A stretch of DNA of 64,000 nucleotides from Candidatus Bathyarchaeota archaeon. GTDB lineage: Archaea > Thermoproteota > Bathyarchaeia > Bathyarchaeales > Bathycorpusculaceae. The notes under the pieces were generated by a model. The model was not told the origin of the DNA and did no database searches. It was given only the letters and a program-made list of their open reading frames with translations. Both the position numbers and the translations under genes were made by a program. The stretch is taken from positions 1-64,000 of the forward strand of contig CAVZPM010000036.1 of assembly GCA_963777155.1 (NCBI GenBank), in the 5' to 3' direction. This document shows, one piece after another, positions 1 through 9,215 of this stretch (positions are counted from its first letter, which is position 1; every line of letters begins with the position of its first letter).

Positions 1-1827
1 GTAATCTTGCATTCCTAACGCGTGTAACTTGGCTTTTGTGGGTACGCCTTCAACGTTCCAACCGCGAGCTTGATAATAGTCGTCAAGCATAAGGTCAAGT
101 TCGTCTTGGGTTACAACGGCGCCTTTTACTGGTCCGTCATCGGTGATTGGTTGATTCATGACTTTCCAGGGCAACGTGTCGTCTTTTCTGCCAAGTCCTT
201 CTCGGGTGTTGATGAGTTTAGCAAGTGTGTTGATTCGTTCGCCGGCAACTTTTAGTTCGTCTGCAGTTATCGCCTCGCCCGTGACTAGACTGTAGAGTTT
301 AGCCATATCAGGGAGTTCTTTGTAGAGTGTGCCTTTGGCGTTCTTGCAGATGATAAGCGAATCGATCAGGGCATAGACGTCTTCTGCGTCTTTGACTAGT
401 TTGCCTCTGCCTTTTTCTGCTTTCAACCTGTTAACGTCGCCTTTCAAATCGAAGGTGTAAGCGCCGCTTCTGTTTTGGTCTGCGCCCCTGAAGGACACCG
501 CTGAACCTAAAGCAGCTGTTTTTAGGCATCGCAGGTCATATCCTGTGACTTCTAAGCCTTTGATTTGCATAGCAAGTTTCATGGAGTCCTTGCCGATTTT
601 TTCGGCTGCAATCTTTACTCCGTCAGCGAGCATTTCGCCGATTCCTTCGCGTTTCCCGATTTTTTCGATTAGTTGTATTAGTGCTTCTGCGTTTCCGAAG
701 TGAGCGTCTAATCCGCCGAGCTCTTCGTGGGTGAGGATGCCTTTTTCGTGGCAGTCCATTACGAAACTGACTGTTACGCCGACGCTTTGTGCGTCAAGAC
801 CGTAGTAGTTGCAGAGTTCTGCAGCTTTGATTATTGCGTCTAGTTTGTCTACGCCGCAGTTGGGTCCCAACGCCCATAGGTTGTCATATTCCATACGTGC
901 CAAAGTACCTTTGTAAGGTCCTTCGCGTATGAGGGCTTCGTGCTCGCAGCGCATGGCGCATGAGTTGCAAGCGATGATTTTTGTTATGTAGCGTTCGTTG
1001 AGTACTTCGGCGCTGACTTTTTGAGCATTTTCAAAATGGGAGTTGTTGAAGTTGCGTGTGGGTAAACAGGTTAGGTTATTTTGGGTCATGAGGTTTTCGG
1101 TTGTTCCAAGGGTTCGATATTTCTGGGCTGCTGGACCTTTCATGCGTTCATGGAACTCCTTGACCATCTCTATGAATTCTTCAGGTTTAGCGACCATTAT
1201 ATCGCGGGTTCCGCGGACAGCGATAGCTTTTAGGTTCTTGCTTCCCATAACTGCGCCAAGCCCAGTTCGTCCGGCTGCACGGGTTTTCTCGTTTATTATA
1301 CAGGCAATTTTTGATTGCTTTTCACCTGCTAAACCGATAGATGCTACGCGGATGTAGTAGTCGCCTATTTCAGCTTTTATAGCGTCTTCAGTTTCGAAGG
1401 GTGATTTACCCCAAATGTTTGAAGCATCAAGCAGTTGGACTGTATCGTCGTCAATCCAGATGTAAACGGGCTTTTCAGCCTTACCTGTTAAAATTACAGC
1501 GTCATATCCTGCCCTTTTCATTTCAGCTCCAAAGGTGCCGTGGCTTACTGCTTCTCCGACACCGTTTGTTTCTGGTGACTTAGAAATGAATGCGTGACCA
1601 TTTCCGCCAGTCGGAAACATAGTTCCTGAAACTGGACCAACTGCTAGTACAAGTGGGTTTTCTGCGCTAAGCGGGTCAACGCCTGCTTTTGAGTTGGATA
1701 ACCAAAGGTTCATACCAAGGCCGATGCCGCCGATGTATTTTTTGGCGACTTCCTCGCTTAATTTTTCGGTGCGAGTTTTGCCTGTGGTTAAATTAATGTA
1801 TAAGATTGTTCCTGCGTAACCTAGCAA
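1..1827 (-). CDS. aor: Aldehyde:ferredoxin oxidoreductase (tungsten AOR/WOR family), copy 2; stop lies just outside the window
   Basis: Read manually: TTG start MLGYAGTILYINL...YIGGIGLG; C-terminus LDDYYQARGWNVEGVPTKAKLHALG; paralogue of 3282..5196. Absent from the ORF track because it runs off the edge. Confidence 0.9.
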   Translation of the reverse strand, partial: MLGYAGTILYINLTTGKTRTEKLSEEVAKKYIGGIGLGMNLWLSNSKAGVDPLSAENPLVLAVGPVSGTMFPTGGNGHAFISKSPETNGVGEAVSHGTFGAEMKRAGYDAVILTGKAEKPVYIWIDDDTVQLLDASNIWGKSPFETEDAIKAEIGDYYIRVASIGLAGEKQSKIACIINEKTRAAGRTGLGAVMGSKNLKAIAVRGTRDIMVAKPEEFIEMVKEFHERMKGPAAQKYRTLGTTENLMTQNNLTCLPTRNFNNSHFENAQKVSAEVLNERYITKIIACNSCAMRCEHEALIREGPYKGTLARMEYDNLWALGPNCGVDKLDAIIKAAELCNYYGLDAQSVGVTVSFVMDCHEKGILTHEELGGLDAHFGNAEALIQLIEKIGKREGIGEMLADGVKIAAEKIGKDSMKLAMQIKGLEVTGYDLRCLKTAALGSAVSFRGADQNRSGAYTFDLKGDVNRLKAEKGRGKLVKDAEDVYALIDSLIICKNAKGTLYKELPDMAKLYSLVTGEAITADELKVAGERINTLAKLINTREGLGRKDDTLPWKVMNQPITDDGPVKGAVVTQDELDLMLDDYYQARGWNVEGVPTKAKLHALGMQDY

Positions 1828-1872
1828 ACCTTGTTCCTCCAAGAGTTTTGAATATTTAGTGCAGTTGAACAA

Positions 1873-1961
1873 TATATTAAGTTAATGGGTTCTTAGTTTA
1901 GAAATTCACGGGTTTCCATGAAAGTCAAAACGCCGTCATGTATTTTCAGGCATAACGCAAT
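1873..1961 (-). promoter_or_regulatory. Promoter/operator block upstream of AOR copy 2
   Basis: TATATTAAGTTAATGG, TCACGG (+33) and GCATAACGCAAT are all also present upstream of AOR copy 1. Confidence 0.65.
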
Positions 1962-2055
1962 GTAATGTTTTCGTAGGCAAAAACCCGTGCAAAGAAAGAA
2001 AAGAAATATCAGAACCCAACAACAAACATTAAACCGAGAGCAGGAGGCAAGAAAA

Positions 2056-2343
2056 ATGCAAGTGAAAGTACACTACATCAGCTTAGTAAAATCCTACACA
2101 AACACAAGCCAAGACGAATTCACATTGCCAGACAAAACCGTTCTGTCAGTACTTCTCGACAAAATCGCTGAGGACTACGGAAAACCATTCACTCAAGAAG
2201 TCTATGACCCAGTCAAGAAAGAGATGAAAGCCTCCTTTGTCGCTATGGTCAACGGCGTTTTGATGGACCAACTCAATGGCGTAAACACCCCTCTCAAAGA
2301 TCGCGACAGCGTCATTTTGATGTCGCTGATGACAGGCGGCTAA
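2056..2343 (+). CDS. MoaD/ThiS-family sulfur carrier (SAMP-like)
   Basis: Beta-grasp size, C-terminal GG, GGAGG before ATG 2056; divergent from AOR. Confidence 0.85.
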   Translation: MQVKVHYISLVKSYTNTSQDEFTLPDKTVLSVLLDKIAEDYGKPFTQEVYDPVKKEMKASFVAMVNGVLMDQLNGVNTPLKDRDSVILMSLMTGG

Positions 2344-2394
2344 ACCATAGTTTAAACTTAAAAAGGAAAACTATCATATTTCTCGAGGAAAAAA

Positions 2395-2712
2395 ATGCCT
2401 AAAAAAATTCTACTTTACTACGGATTCACCTTTGCCATCTACATTTTTTTTATTATTTTAGCCCTTAACATACGAGTTCTTTGGGTCAGCGCTATCTTTG
2501 TCTTAGTTTTTGGCTCAGGCATCGCTATACCAATCCTCTGGAAATACCATTATAAGCACTCTGGTAAACGGGAAAAAGAACGGATGATTGCTCAAAAACA
2601 AATTAACAGCCACTACTACAACCGATGGTACACACCAGCCGACTCAACCGAACTCGACTATCAAATTGAACGCATCAAAAAAAAGAAAACGCTTTTGACA
2701 TCTACAAGATAA
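2395..2712 (+). CDS. Small membrane protein, hypothetical
   Basis: Two hydrophobic helices followed by a basic tail. Confidence 0.6.
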   Translation: MPKKILLYYGFTFAIYIFFIILALNIRVLWVSAIFVLVFGSGIAIPILWKYHYKHSGKREKERMIAQKQINSHYYNRWYTPADSTELDYQIERIKKKKTLLTSTR

Positions 2713-2764
2713 AGAAAAAAATTATTAAAGAAAAGTTGGCGCTAAAGCGCAAAGGAATTGATAT

Positions 2765-3280
2765 TCATTTTGTTTTGTTGGCTTCTGCTTCGGCTGTTTG
2801 GAACAGGTTCTTGACCGCTTTCTGCCGGTACTTCTGTGCTAATGTCTCTGCACTGACAAAGGTCAGGGCTTCTTCTGGGCACCATTTGACGCATTGGGGT
2901 TCTTTGGTTTCGTTGTCGGTGCAGCTATTGCAGGTGAATACTACTTTTTTTTCTGGATGCATGTTCATGGCGCCGAATTGGCATGCGCTGATGCACCATC
3001 CGCAGCCGTTGCATGCGTTTTCGTCAACACGAATTATGCCGCTATCACATTCTTGTTTCAGGGCATCTCTTGGGCAAGCCGCTACGCATGCTGGGTCTTC
3101 ACAGTGCCTGCAGGTAACTGCAAGGTTTACTAATGGACCTATGCGCATAGCGCGTATTCGTGATTTGGTTGGGTTGAAGGTTTTCTCGTTAATCATGCTA
3201 CAGGCGTATTCGCAGACACAGCAGCCGATGCATTTGTCTGGGTCGGCTGTTACGAATTTTCGGTCTTGTGGGCGTACCAT
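2765..3280 (-). CDS. Four-[4Fe-4S]-cluster electron-transfer subunit (DmsB/CooF/AorA-like)
   Basis: Four Cys groups (CIGCCVCEYAC, CRHCEDPACVAAC, CNGCGWCISAC, CNSC...CVKWC). ATG 3280 lies 1 nt after the AOR stop and follows a GGAGG. Confidence 0.9.
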   Translation of the reverse strand: MVRPQDRKFVTADPDKCIGCCVCEYACSMINEKTFNPTKSRIRAMRIGPLVNLAVTCRHCEDPACVAACPRDALKQECDSGIIRVDENACNGCGWCISACQFGAMNMHPEKKVVFTCNSCTDNETKEPQCVKWCPEEALTFVSAETLAQKYRQKAVKNLFQTAEAEANKTK

Positions 3281-3281
3281 T

Positions 3282-5196
3282 TTAGTTTCCTCCTGCAGTT
3301 GCAACTGTTGCTGTTGGTTTGTTTTCTTTAGCCTTTTTCATTGCATCTTCAGCGATGTAGGCTAAGTCGCCTAAACCTAATGAGTTAAGTCTCTCAACGG
3401 TTGGAATGCCATCAGCCGTCCATCCACGTGAAGCGTAGTAATCGTCTAAGCCGATTGCCATTTCCTCGTCGTTAACGCAGACTCCCTTTGGCTGGTCCTT
3501 CGTCTGGTACGGGGAAATTCTTTATCTTGTATGGGACGTCGTCGAATTTGCGTGTGCCTTTGCCTTCTCGTATGTTGAAGAGGCGTGCGAGGTTTTCGAT
3601 TCTGTCGCCGTCTGCCATCATTTCTTCAGGTGTGATTGGGATGCCTGTTGCGAGTGTGTAGTAGTTGGTTAGGTCTTTCCAGCCGTCGTAGTATGTGCCT
3701 CTGCTGAATTTGCAGACGATAAGTGAGTCGATGATGTTATACATGTGGCTCTCGTCGGTAATCATTTTGCCTCTGCCTTTCTCGATTTTGAAGCGGTTCA
3801 CTTTTCCCTTTACGTCAGGTGAGTAAGCTCCATTTCTTAGGTGGCAAGCACCACGGAATGATACTGAAAATCCTAATGCTGCAGTCTTTAGGGTTCTAAG
3901 GTCGTAGCCTGGAAGCTCTAAGCCTTTGATATGACAGGCATATTTGTATGCATCTCCACCGATTAATTCAGCAGCTTTCGCCACACCTTCTGCCAGAATG
4001 TTTCCCAGCCAGCCTTCGCGTTTACCAATCTTGTGAATAATAGCGATTAAGGCTTCAGCGTTGCCGAACTTGAGGTCGATTCCGTCGGTTTGTTCCTTGG
4101 TGATTATCCCATGCTCATAGAGATCCATCGCGAACGCAACAACGACGCCTATTGAGATGCCGTCCATGCCGTACTCGTTAACAATTCGCATTGCTTCGAT
4201 AATTGCGTCTAGGCGGTCAACACCGCAAAGTGGTCCCATACTCCAGAGGCACTCGAACTCCAATCGTGAAGTTGAACCTTTGTATGGTCCTTCGGGAACA
4301 ACGCCGATGTGGTCGCAACGCATACCGCAAGTTGCACATCCCACAATTTTCTTGACATAATGCTCGTTAAAGTATTCGCCGCTTACTTTGTTGGCGCCTT
4401 CAAAAGTGGCATTTGTCCAGTTCCTTGTTGCCAAGGCTGAAAGCGAGTTTAGAACCAAAACGTTTTCGGGTGTGCCTAAGGTTTTGTATTTCTTGGTTGA
4501 CGGACCCTTCATGCGTTCATGGATAAGTTTAACAAATTCCATGAATCCTTTAAGGTCTGCTACGTTGACATCTTTTGTGCCTCGTACAGCGACTGCCTTG
4601 AGGTTTTTGGAACCCATGACTCCGCCCATACCACTTCTTCCAATAGCACGAAACTCATCGTTTATTATAGCTGCAAACCTACAAAGTTTCTCGCCTGCTT
4701 CACCAATCGCTGAAACACGGATGTAAAAGTCACCGAGTTCATCTCGGATTCTGTCATCAGTTTCTTTAACGGTTGCATTTTTGAGGTATTCAGCATTTCG
4801 GATTTCAACTTTGTCATCGTCAATCCAAAGGTAAGATAGTTTAGGTGCTTTGCCTTTGATTACAACAGCATCGTAACCTGCACGTTTCAGGTCAGGTCCG
4901 AAGAAGCCGTGGGCTTCGGCATTACCGATACCGCCGGTGGCGGGAGATTTGGACACGACGGCGTAGCTGTTGCCACCTGTTGGACCCATGGTGCCGCTAA
5001 GTGGACCAGTTAAGTAAATAATCGGGTTATCTGGGTCATATGGGTCAGTGCCCGGTTTTGAATTGTCAAACAATAAGCGGATACCTAAACCTATTCCGCC
5101 GATGTATTCTTTAGCCATCTGCTCTGATAATGGCTCGGTTCTTGTTTCTCCAGTTGTGAGGTTAACATGTAAAATTTTTCCTGCATAAGCAAACAT
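3282..5196 (-). CDS. aor: Aldehyde:ferredoxin oxidoreductase, copy 1 (frameshift near 3480)
   Basis: MFAYAGKILHVNL, GRSGMGGVMGSKNLKAV, CATCGMRC, RGACH. The conserved tail GLDDYYASRGWTADGIPT continues in another frame to a stop at 3282. Confidence 0.9.
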
Positions 5197-5241
5197 GCTT
5201 TTTTCCCCTCAAGTCTCGTTAGTTAGAAGGCATTTGAAAAC

Positions 5242-5318
5242 TATATTAAGTTAATGGCTGGTTCATTTAAAAAATCACGGCTGAATTCGACCTGTTTTTT
5301 ATTGCATAACGCAATAAA
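5242..5318 (-). promoter_or_regulatory. Promoter/operator block upstream of AOR copy 1, with palindrome TTTATTGC-N5-GCAATAAA
   Basis: Same three blocks as 1873..1961; perfect inverted repeat at 5298..5318. Confidence 0.65.
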
Positions 5319-5399
5319 CAGCTCATACAAAACCATTCAGACACCAGAAGCAAAAACTTAAACCAACCCAAACCCTTTCCCCATAGGCAGGCGAAAAAC

Positions 5400-6450
5400 T
5401 TGAAGCGAACAGATGCTTTAAAACAGGCAGCAGCCAAACAAGGCAAACCCGCAAAACTTCATAATCCTAAATCAAACCAACATAACTTACTTTACAGGTT
5501 TCACCGGGGCAACCGCACTTCTTATTCCCGAAAAAGGAGAAAACACTCTCTACGTCTCAGGTGTAAACTATGAGCAGGCCAAAGCAGAAACCCAAGGCTT
5601 AACTGTGCAACTTCTAAAACGGGGCGAAAACATCATGGAAAAAATCGCTAAACAAGCCCCTGCCAAGAAATTTTCGTTCGACACAATGCCAGTTGAACAC
5701 TGGTGCGCCTTATCCAAAACAGTGGGCGAAGAAAACCTGCAACCAATCAACGATTTGATTCGGGAACTTCGCAGCGTCAAAGACAAGCAGGAAATCAAGC
5801 TTATACGTGAAGCCTGCAGGATAGCGGCTGTCGGTATGCAGACAGCGAAAGAAATCATGTGGCTTGGAACAAAAGAGAGAGATGCCGCAGCGGAAATCGA
5901 GTATTCCATGCGCAAGGCAGGCTCCGACGGAGTAGCCTTTGAAACCATCGTTGCGTCAGGTCCGACATCGGCTTTTCCCCATGGAAGCAACCTTGAGAGA
6001 ACCATCCAGGACTGCGACTTTGTAATAGTTGACATAGGCGCAACATACAAGTCGTACCGTTCAGACATCACCCGAACCTTCATAGCCAGCAAAGCAACCG
6101 ACAAACAAGCAAGAATCTACGACGCCGTAAAGTTAGCTCATGAAAAAGCTCTTGAAACCATAAAGCCCAAAGTTGCCGCAAACGAAGTGGACAAAGCAGC
6201 TAGGCAGGTAATTGAGGAAGCAGGGTATGGCGAGTTCTTCGTTCACAACCTAGGTCATGGCGTGGGCTTAGAGGTCCATGAGGCACCCATCTTGAGCCCC
6301 GATAGTAAAGACATCTTGGCAGCTGGAAATGTTGTTACTGATGAACCAGGAATTTATGTGCCGGGTTTAGGTGGTGTTCGAATCGAAGACACAGTCCTGG
6401 TCACCAAAAATGGCGCAGAGATACTAACTGTTGGACCCTGTCTGCCTTAA
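5400..6450 (+). CDS. pepQ: Xaa-Pro aminopeptidase/prolidase, M24B (frameshift near 5455)
   Basis: HNLGHGVGLEVHE, TDEPGIY, GVRIEDT. The N-terminus from TTG 5400 joins NITYFTGF after a 1-nt shift. Confidence 0.88.
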
Positions 6451-6500
6451 GGTAAACTAAATAGGCTCTGTCTGCACTTCTTTTATTTGAGAGTGATTTT

Positions 6501-7069
6501 TTGATTAACAATCCAGCCATAATTCTTGTGGATGTACAAAATGATTTTGTTCACTGGACCTTTAAAAATCAAAAGAGCCATAAACATAATTGAGCCCCTC
6601 CAGCGGCTTGTTGTTGCAGCACGCAAAAACGAAGTGCCAGTCATTTACAGCATCGATGCCCATTATCCCCAAGACGTTGAGGTAATTCGAAAATGGGGTA
6701 ACCACGCCATAAAAGGCACTGCAGGCGCACAGGTTATTCCTGAGCTTAAGCCAGACGAAACCAAGGATTACATCGTTGAAAAGACGGACTTACAGTGGCT
6801 TTTACGAAACAGGTTTAGATTCGTTGCTTCGAAGCCTGTACAAAGGAGAGGGAGTGAAAACTGTGGTGCTGGGTGGTTTGCATACTCACATGTGTGTACG
6901 CCACACGTCTGCTGATGCTTTTTTCCGAGGCTACCAAATCGTAATCGCTAAAGACGGTGTAGAAGCATTCACGGCTGAGGACCAGGAGCAGGGACTAAAA
7001 TACTTAGAGTACGTCTACAACGCCAAACTAATGACGGCAAACGAGGTCATACAAGAAATAATAAAATAG
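6501..7069 (+). CDS. Isochorismatase/nicotinamidase-family cysteine hydrolase (frameshifted)
   Basis: AIILVDVQNDF, KRTYSGFYET and GLHTHMCVRHT are spread across frames. Confidence 0.85.
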
Positions 7070-7215
7070 TTATTTATCCATCTTAATTCCAAGTTCGCTT
7101 TCTTCAACAAAATAAATTTGCGATTTATATAAAGAAATCTCTAAGAGTCTTTTCAGGCGAACTAAGAGGGGAAAAATTATTTACGGTTAAACAACTCTCT
7201 AAAATTGGGATTAAT

Positions 7216-7857
7216 TTGGCATCTGATTTGTTGAGTAAGCTTGGCTGCAAACAAGTCACTAAGGCTAAGCTGTTGGAGATAATTGAAGCAGATTTCAGTT
7301 TGCTTCCGACTTTGTTCGAGGGCACTTTATCGTCTAAAGCAACAATCAGGTATGGATGCGGAAGTGTACTTGTAGATTTAAGTGAGAAACACCCAAACAA
7401 GGTCTACCCGTACGTGACCAACTTCGTCTCTTTGCTTGACAGCAAATACCGAATTCTATCTTGGAATGCCATGGCAGCCATCGCAAATCTTACTGCTGTG
7501 GACGGTAACCACAAATTCGATGTCATGTTTGACAAGTATTACAGCTTTCTTGGCAGCGAATACATGGTAACTGTGGCGAATGTGGTTGCGAACTCGTCGA
7601 AAATCGCTGCAAACAAGCCCTATTTAGGCAATAGAATAGCCACTGAATTGCTTAAAGTCCAAAACCTCCAAACTACGCCTCACCTGACTGAGGAATGCAA
7701 ACTCGTCATAGCCGAGCAAACCATCCAAACCTTCAACACCCTAATCAATTACACCCAGAATAAGAAAGCCCTCATTGAATTTGCTCAAATGTACCAGGAT
7801 AGCCCAAGAATCAGCTTAAGAAAAGAAGCACAAACATTTCTTAAAAAATGGCAATGA
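7216..7857 (+). CDS. Hypothetical alpha-helical (HEAT-like) protein
   Basis: 213 aa ORF with amphipathic helical pattern. Confidence 0.65.
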   Translation: MASDLLSKLGCKQVTKAKLLEIIEADFSLLPTLFEGTLSSKATIRYGCGSVLVDLSEKHPNKVYPYVTNFVSLLDSKYRILSWNAMAAIANLTAVDGNHKFDVMFDKYYSFLGSEYMVTVANVVANSSKIAANKPYLGNRIATELLKVQNLQTTPHLTEECKLVIAEQTIQTFNTLINYTQNKKALIEFAQMYQDSPRISLRKEAQTFLKKWQ

Positions 7858-7858
7858 C

Positions 7859-7936
7859 TGGTGGGCCCGGGGCGATTTGAACACCCGGTCAACAGATTAT
7901 GAGTCTGGCGCTCTAGCCGGACTGAGCTACGGGCCC
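7859..7936 (-). tRNA. tRNA with CAT anticodon, most likely tRNA-Ile2 (agmatidine type); Met not excluded
   Basis: GGGCCCGTAGCTCAG...CTCATAA...GTTCAAATC...CGGGCCCACCA; intronless, CCA encoded. The GGGCCC acceptor stem is typical of archaeal tRNA-Ile. Confidence 0.9.
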
Positions 7937-8063
7937 ACAGAGCTCTGTTTTAATATTGCTATTTCTGAATAGATTTAAACGTTTTCTGGGTTTTTACAGC
8001 TATGAGTTAGTGTTTAGGAAAAAATCGCATTTTACCTTGATGTCTTTCAAAGCAACAAAAGAA

Positions 8064-8318
8064 TTATGGTGTGCCGAACCATTTTTCGTACCATGCGTTG
8101 AACATTGACAGGCAGTCTTTTTGCCATGCTTGTTCGCCCTCGTCCTTGCGGAGGCAGTTAGCGAGTTCTAAGTTATGGGTGATTTCGGCCTTTGCTTCTT
8201 TCAGCATAGCGTCTACGTCGTCGAGCATGTCATTGCCGCCAGCTGAGTATTCTTTCATTGTTTGTCTAAGAAAAGCTCTTTTATGCTTGATTAATTCTTC
8301 AATTTTGCCCTCACTCAT
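8064..8318 (-). CDS. Hypothetical protein
   Basis: 84 aa ATG ORF downstream of ogg. Confidence 0.6.
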   Translation of the reverse strand: MSEGKIEELIKHKRAFLRQTMKEYSAGGNDMLDDVDAMLKEAKAEITHNLELANCLRKDEGEQAWQKDCLSMFNAWYEKWFGTP

Positions 8319-8354
8319 AGTCGCACCAGTAGGGAAATGTTGTCTGACGCCATT

Positions 8355-9215
8355 TTAACGTTGCGTTCGCTCGTAGTGGAAGAGGTATTCTTGGGCGTAG
8401 CCTGCATAGGCACCGAAGTAGTTTCGGGCGAACTCACCAATTTTCAGGTATTCGCCGTTAGTTAGAGAATTGTGATTTTGCATCTTTTTGACCGCTTCAA
8501 TGGGAAAATGATCTGAATAGTGTTTTAGGATGACCCGCTTGACCCAGACATCTACAGGGAAAGCCTCAGTTTTTTCAAGAGAAAACAAAAGCACACAGTC
8601 AGCAACTTTCAAGCCTACCCCTGAGAACTCCAAAAGATTTTTCCGGGCTTCTAGATAGGGTAAATTTTTTAAATCTTCAAGGTTTACTTTGTCATCTCGA
8701 ATTTTTTTGGCTGTTGCCTGCACATACTTTGCTCTGTAGCCTAAACCGCATTCCCGCAGCCCATTCTCGCTTGCATTTGCTAGTCTTTCCACAGTTGGGA
8801 AAGTGTAAAAATCAATGTCGTCGAAAACCTGTTTTTCCCCATATTTAGCGGAGATTTTTTTGAGCATCAATTCGATGGCTGCAATACTCTTGTAGGTGGC
8901 GCAGATGAAGCTGATGAGGCATTCCCAAGGCAACTGACGTACGATGCGAAGCCCCTTGAACTTGCATAATGCCAATCGGATGTAATCATCTTTGTCGATG
9001 CACTGGCTGATTTCTTTCAAGTTATCGTTTAAACCAAAATAGTCCTGCACAAATTCTTCGCCAATACCCTCAAACTCCAAATTTGCGCCACATTGTCGAA
9101 CTTTAAACACGTTTTTGCCAACAACGCCATACCACCAACTCCCAAGTTTTTGCCACCTAAACACTTGCCCGCAGCAAAGTGAAAAATCCAAATCAAACGG
9201 CACATCAAGCTGCAT
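8355..9215 (-). CDS. ogg: 8-oxoguanine DNA glycosylase (OGG1-like HhH-GPD)
   Basis: CCGQVFRW, WECLISFIC, GLGYRAKY, GVGLKVADC, FPVDVWV, YAGYAQEYLF. Confidence 0.9.
   Translation of the reverse strand: MQLDVPFDLDFSLCCGQVFRWQKLGSWWYGVVGKNVFKVRQCGANLEFEGIGEEFVQDYFGLNDNLKEISQCIDKDDYIRLALCKFKGLRIVRQLPWECLISFICATYKSIAAIELMLKKISAKYGEKQVFDDIDFYTFPTVERLANASENGLRECGLGYRAKYVQATAKKIRDDKVNLEDLKNLPYLEARKNLLEFSGVGLKVADCVLLFSLEKTEAFPVDVWVKRVILKHYSDHFPIEAVKKMQNHNSLTNGEYLKIGEFARNYFGAYAGYAQEYLFHYERTQR

Noticed and set aside
2736-3365. Long antisense ORFs in the track (e.g. 2736..3365, 28832..29401, 60926..61492)
   Set aside because: They are shadows of well-supported genes on the opposite strand and have no recognisable motifs.
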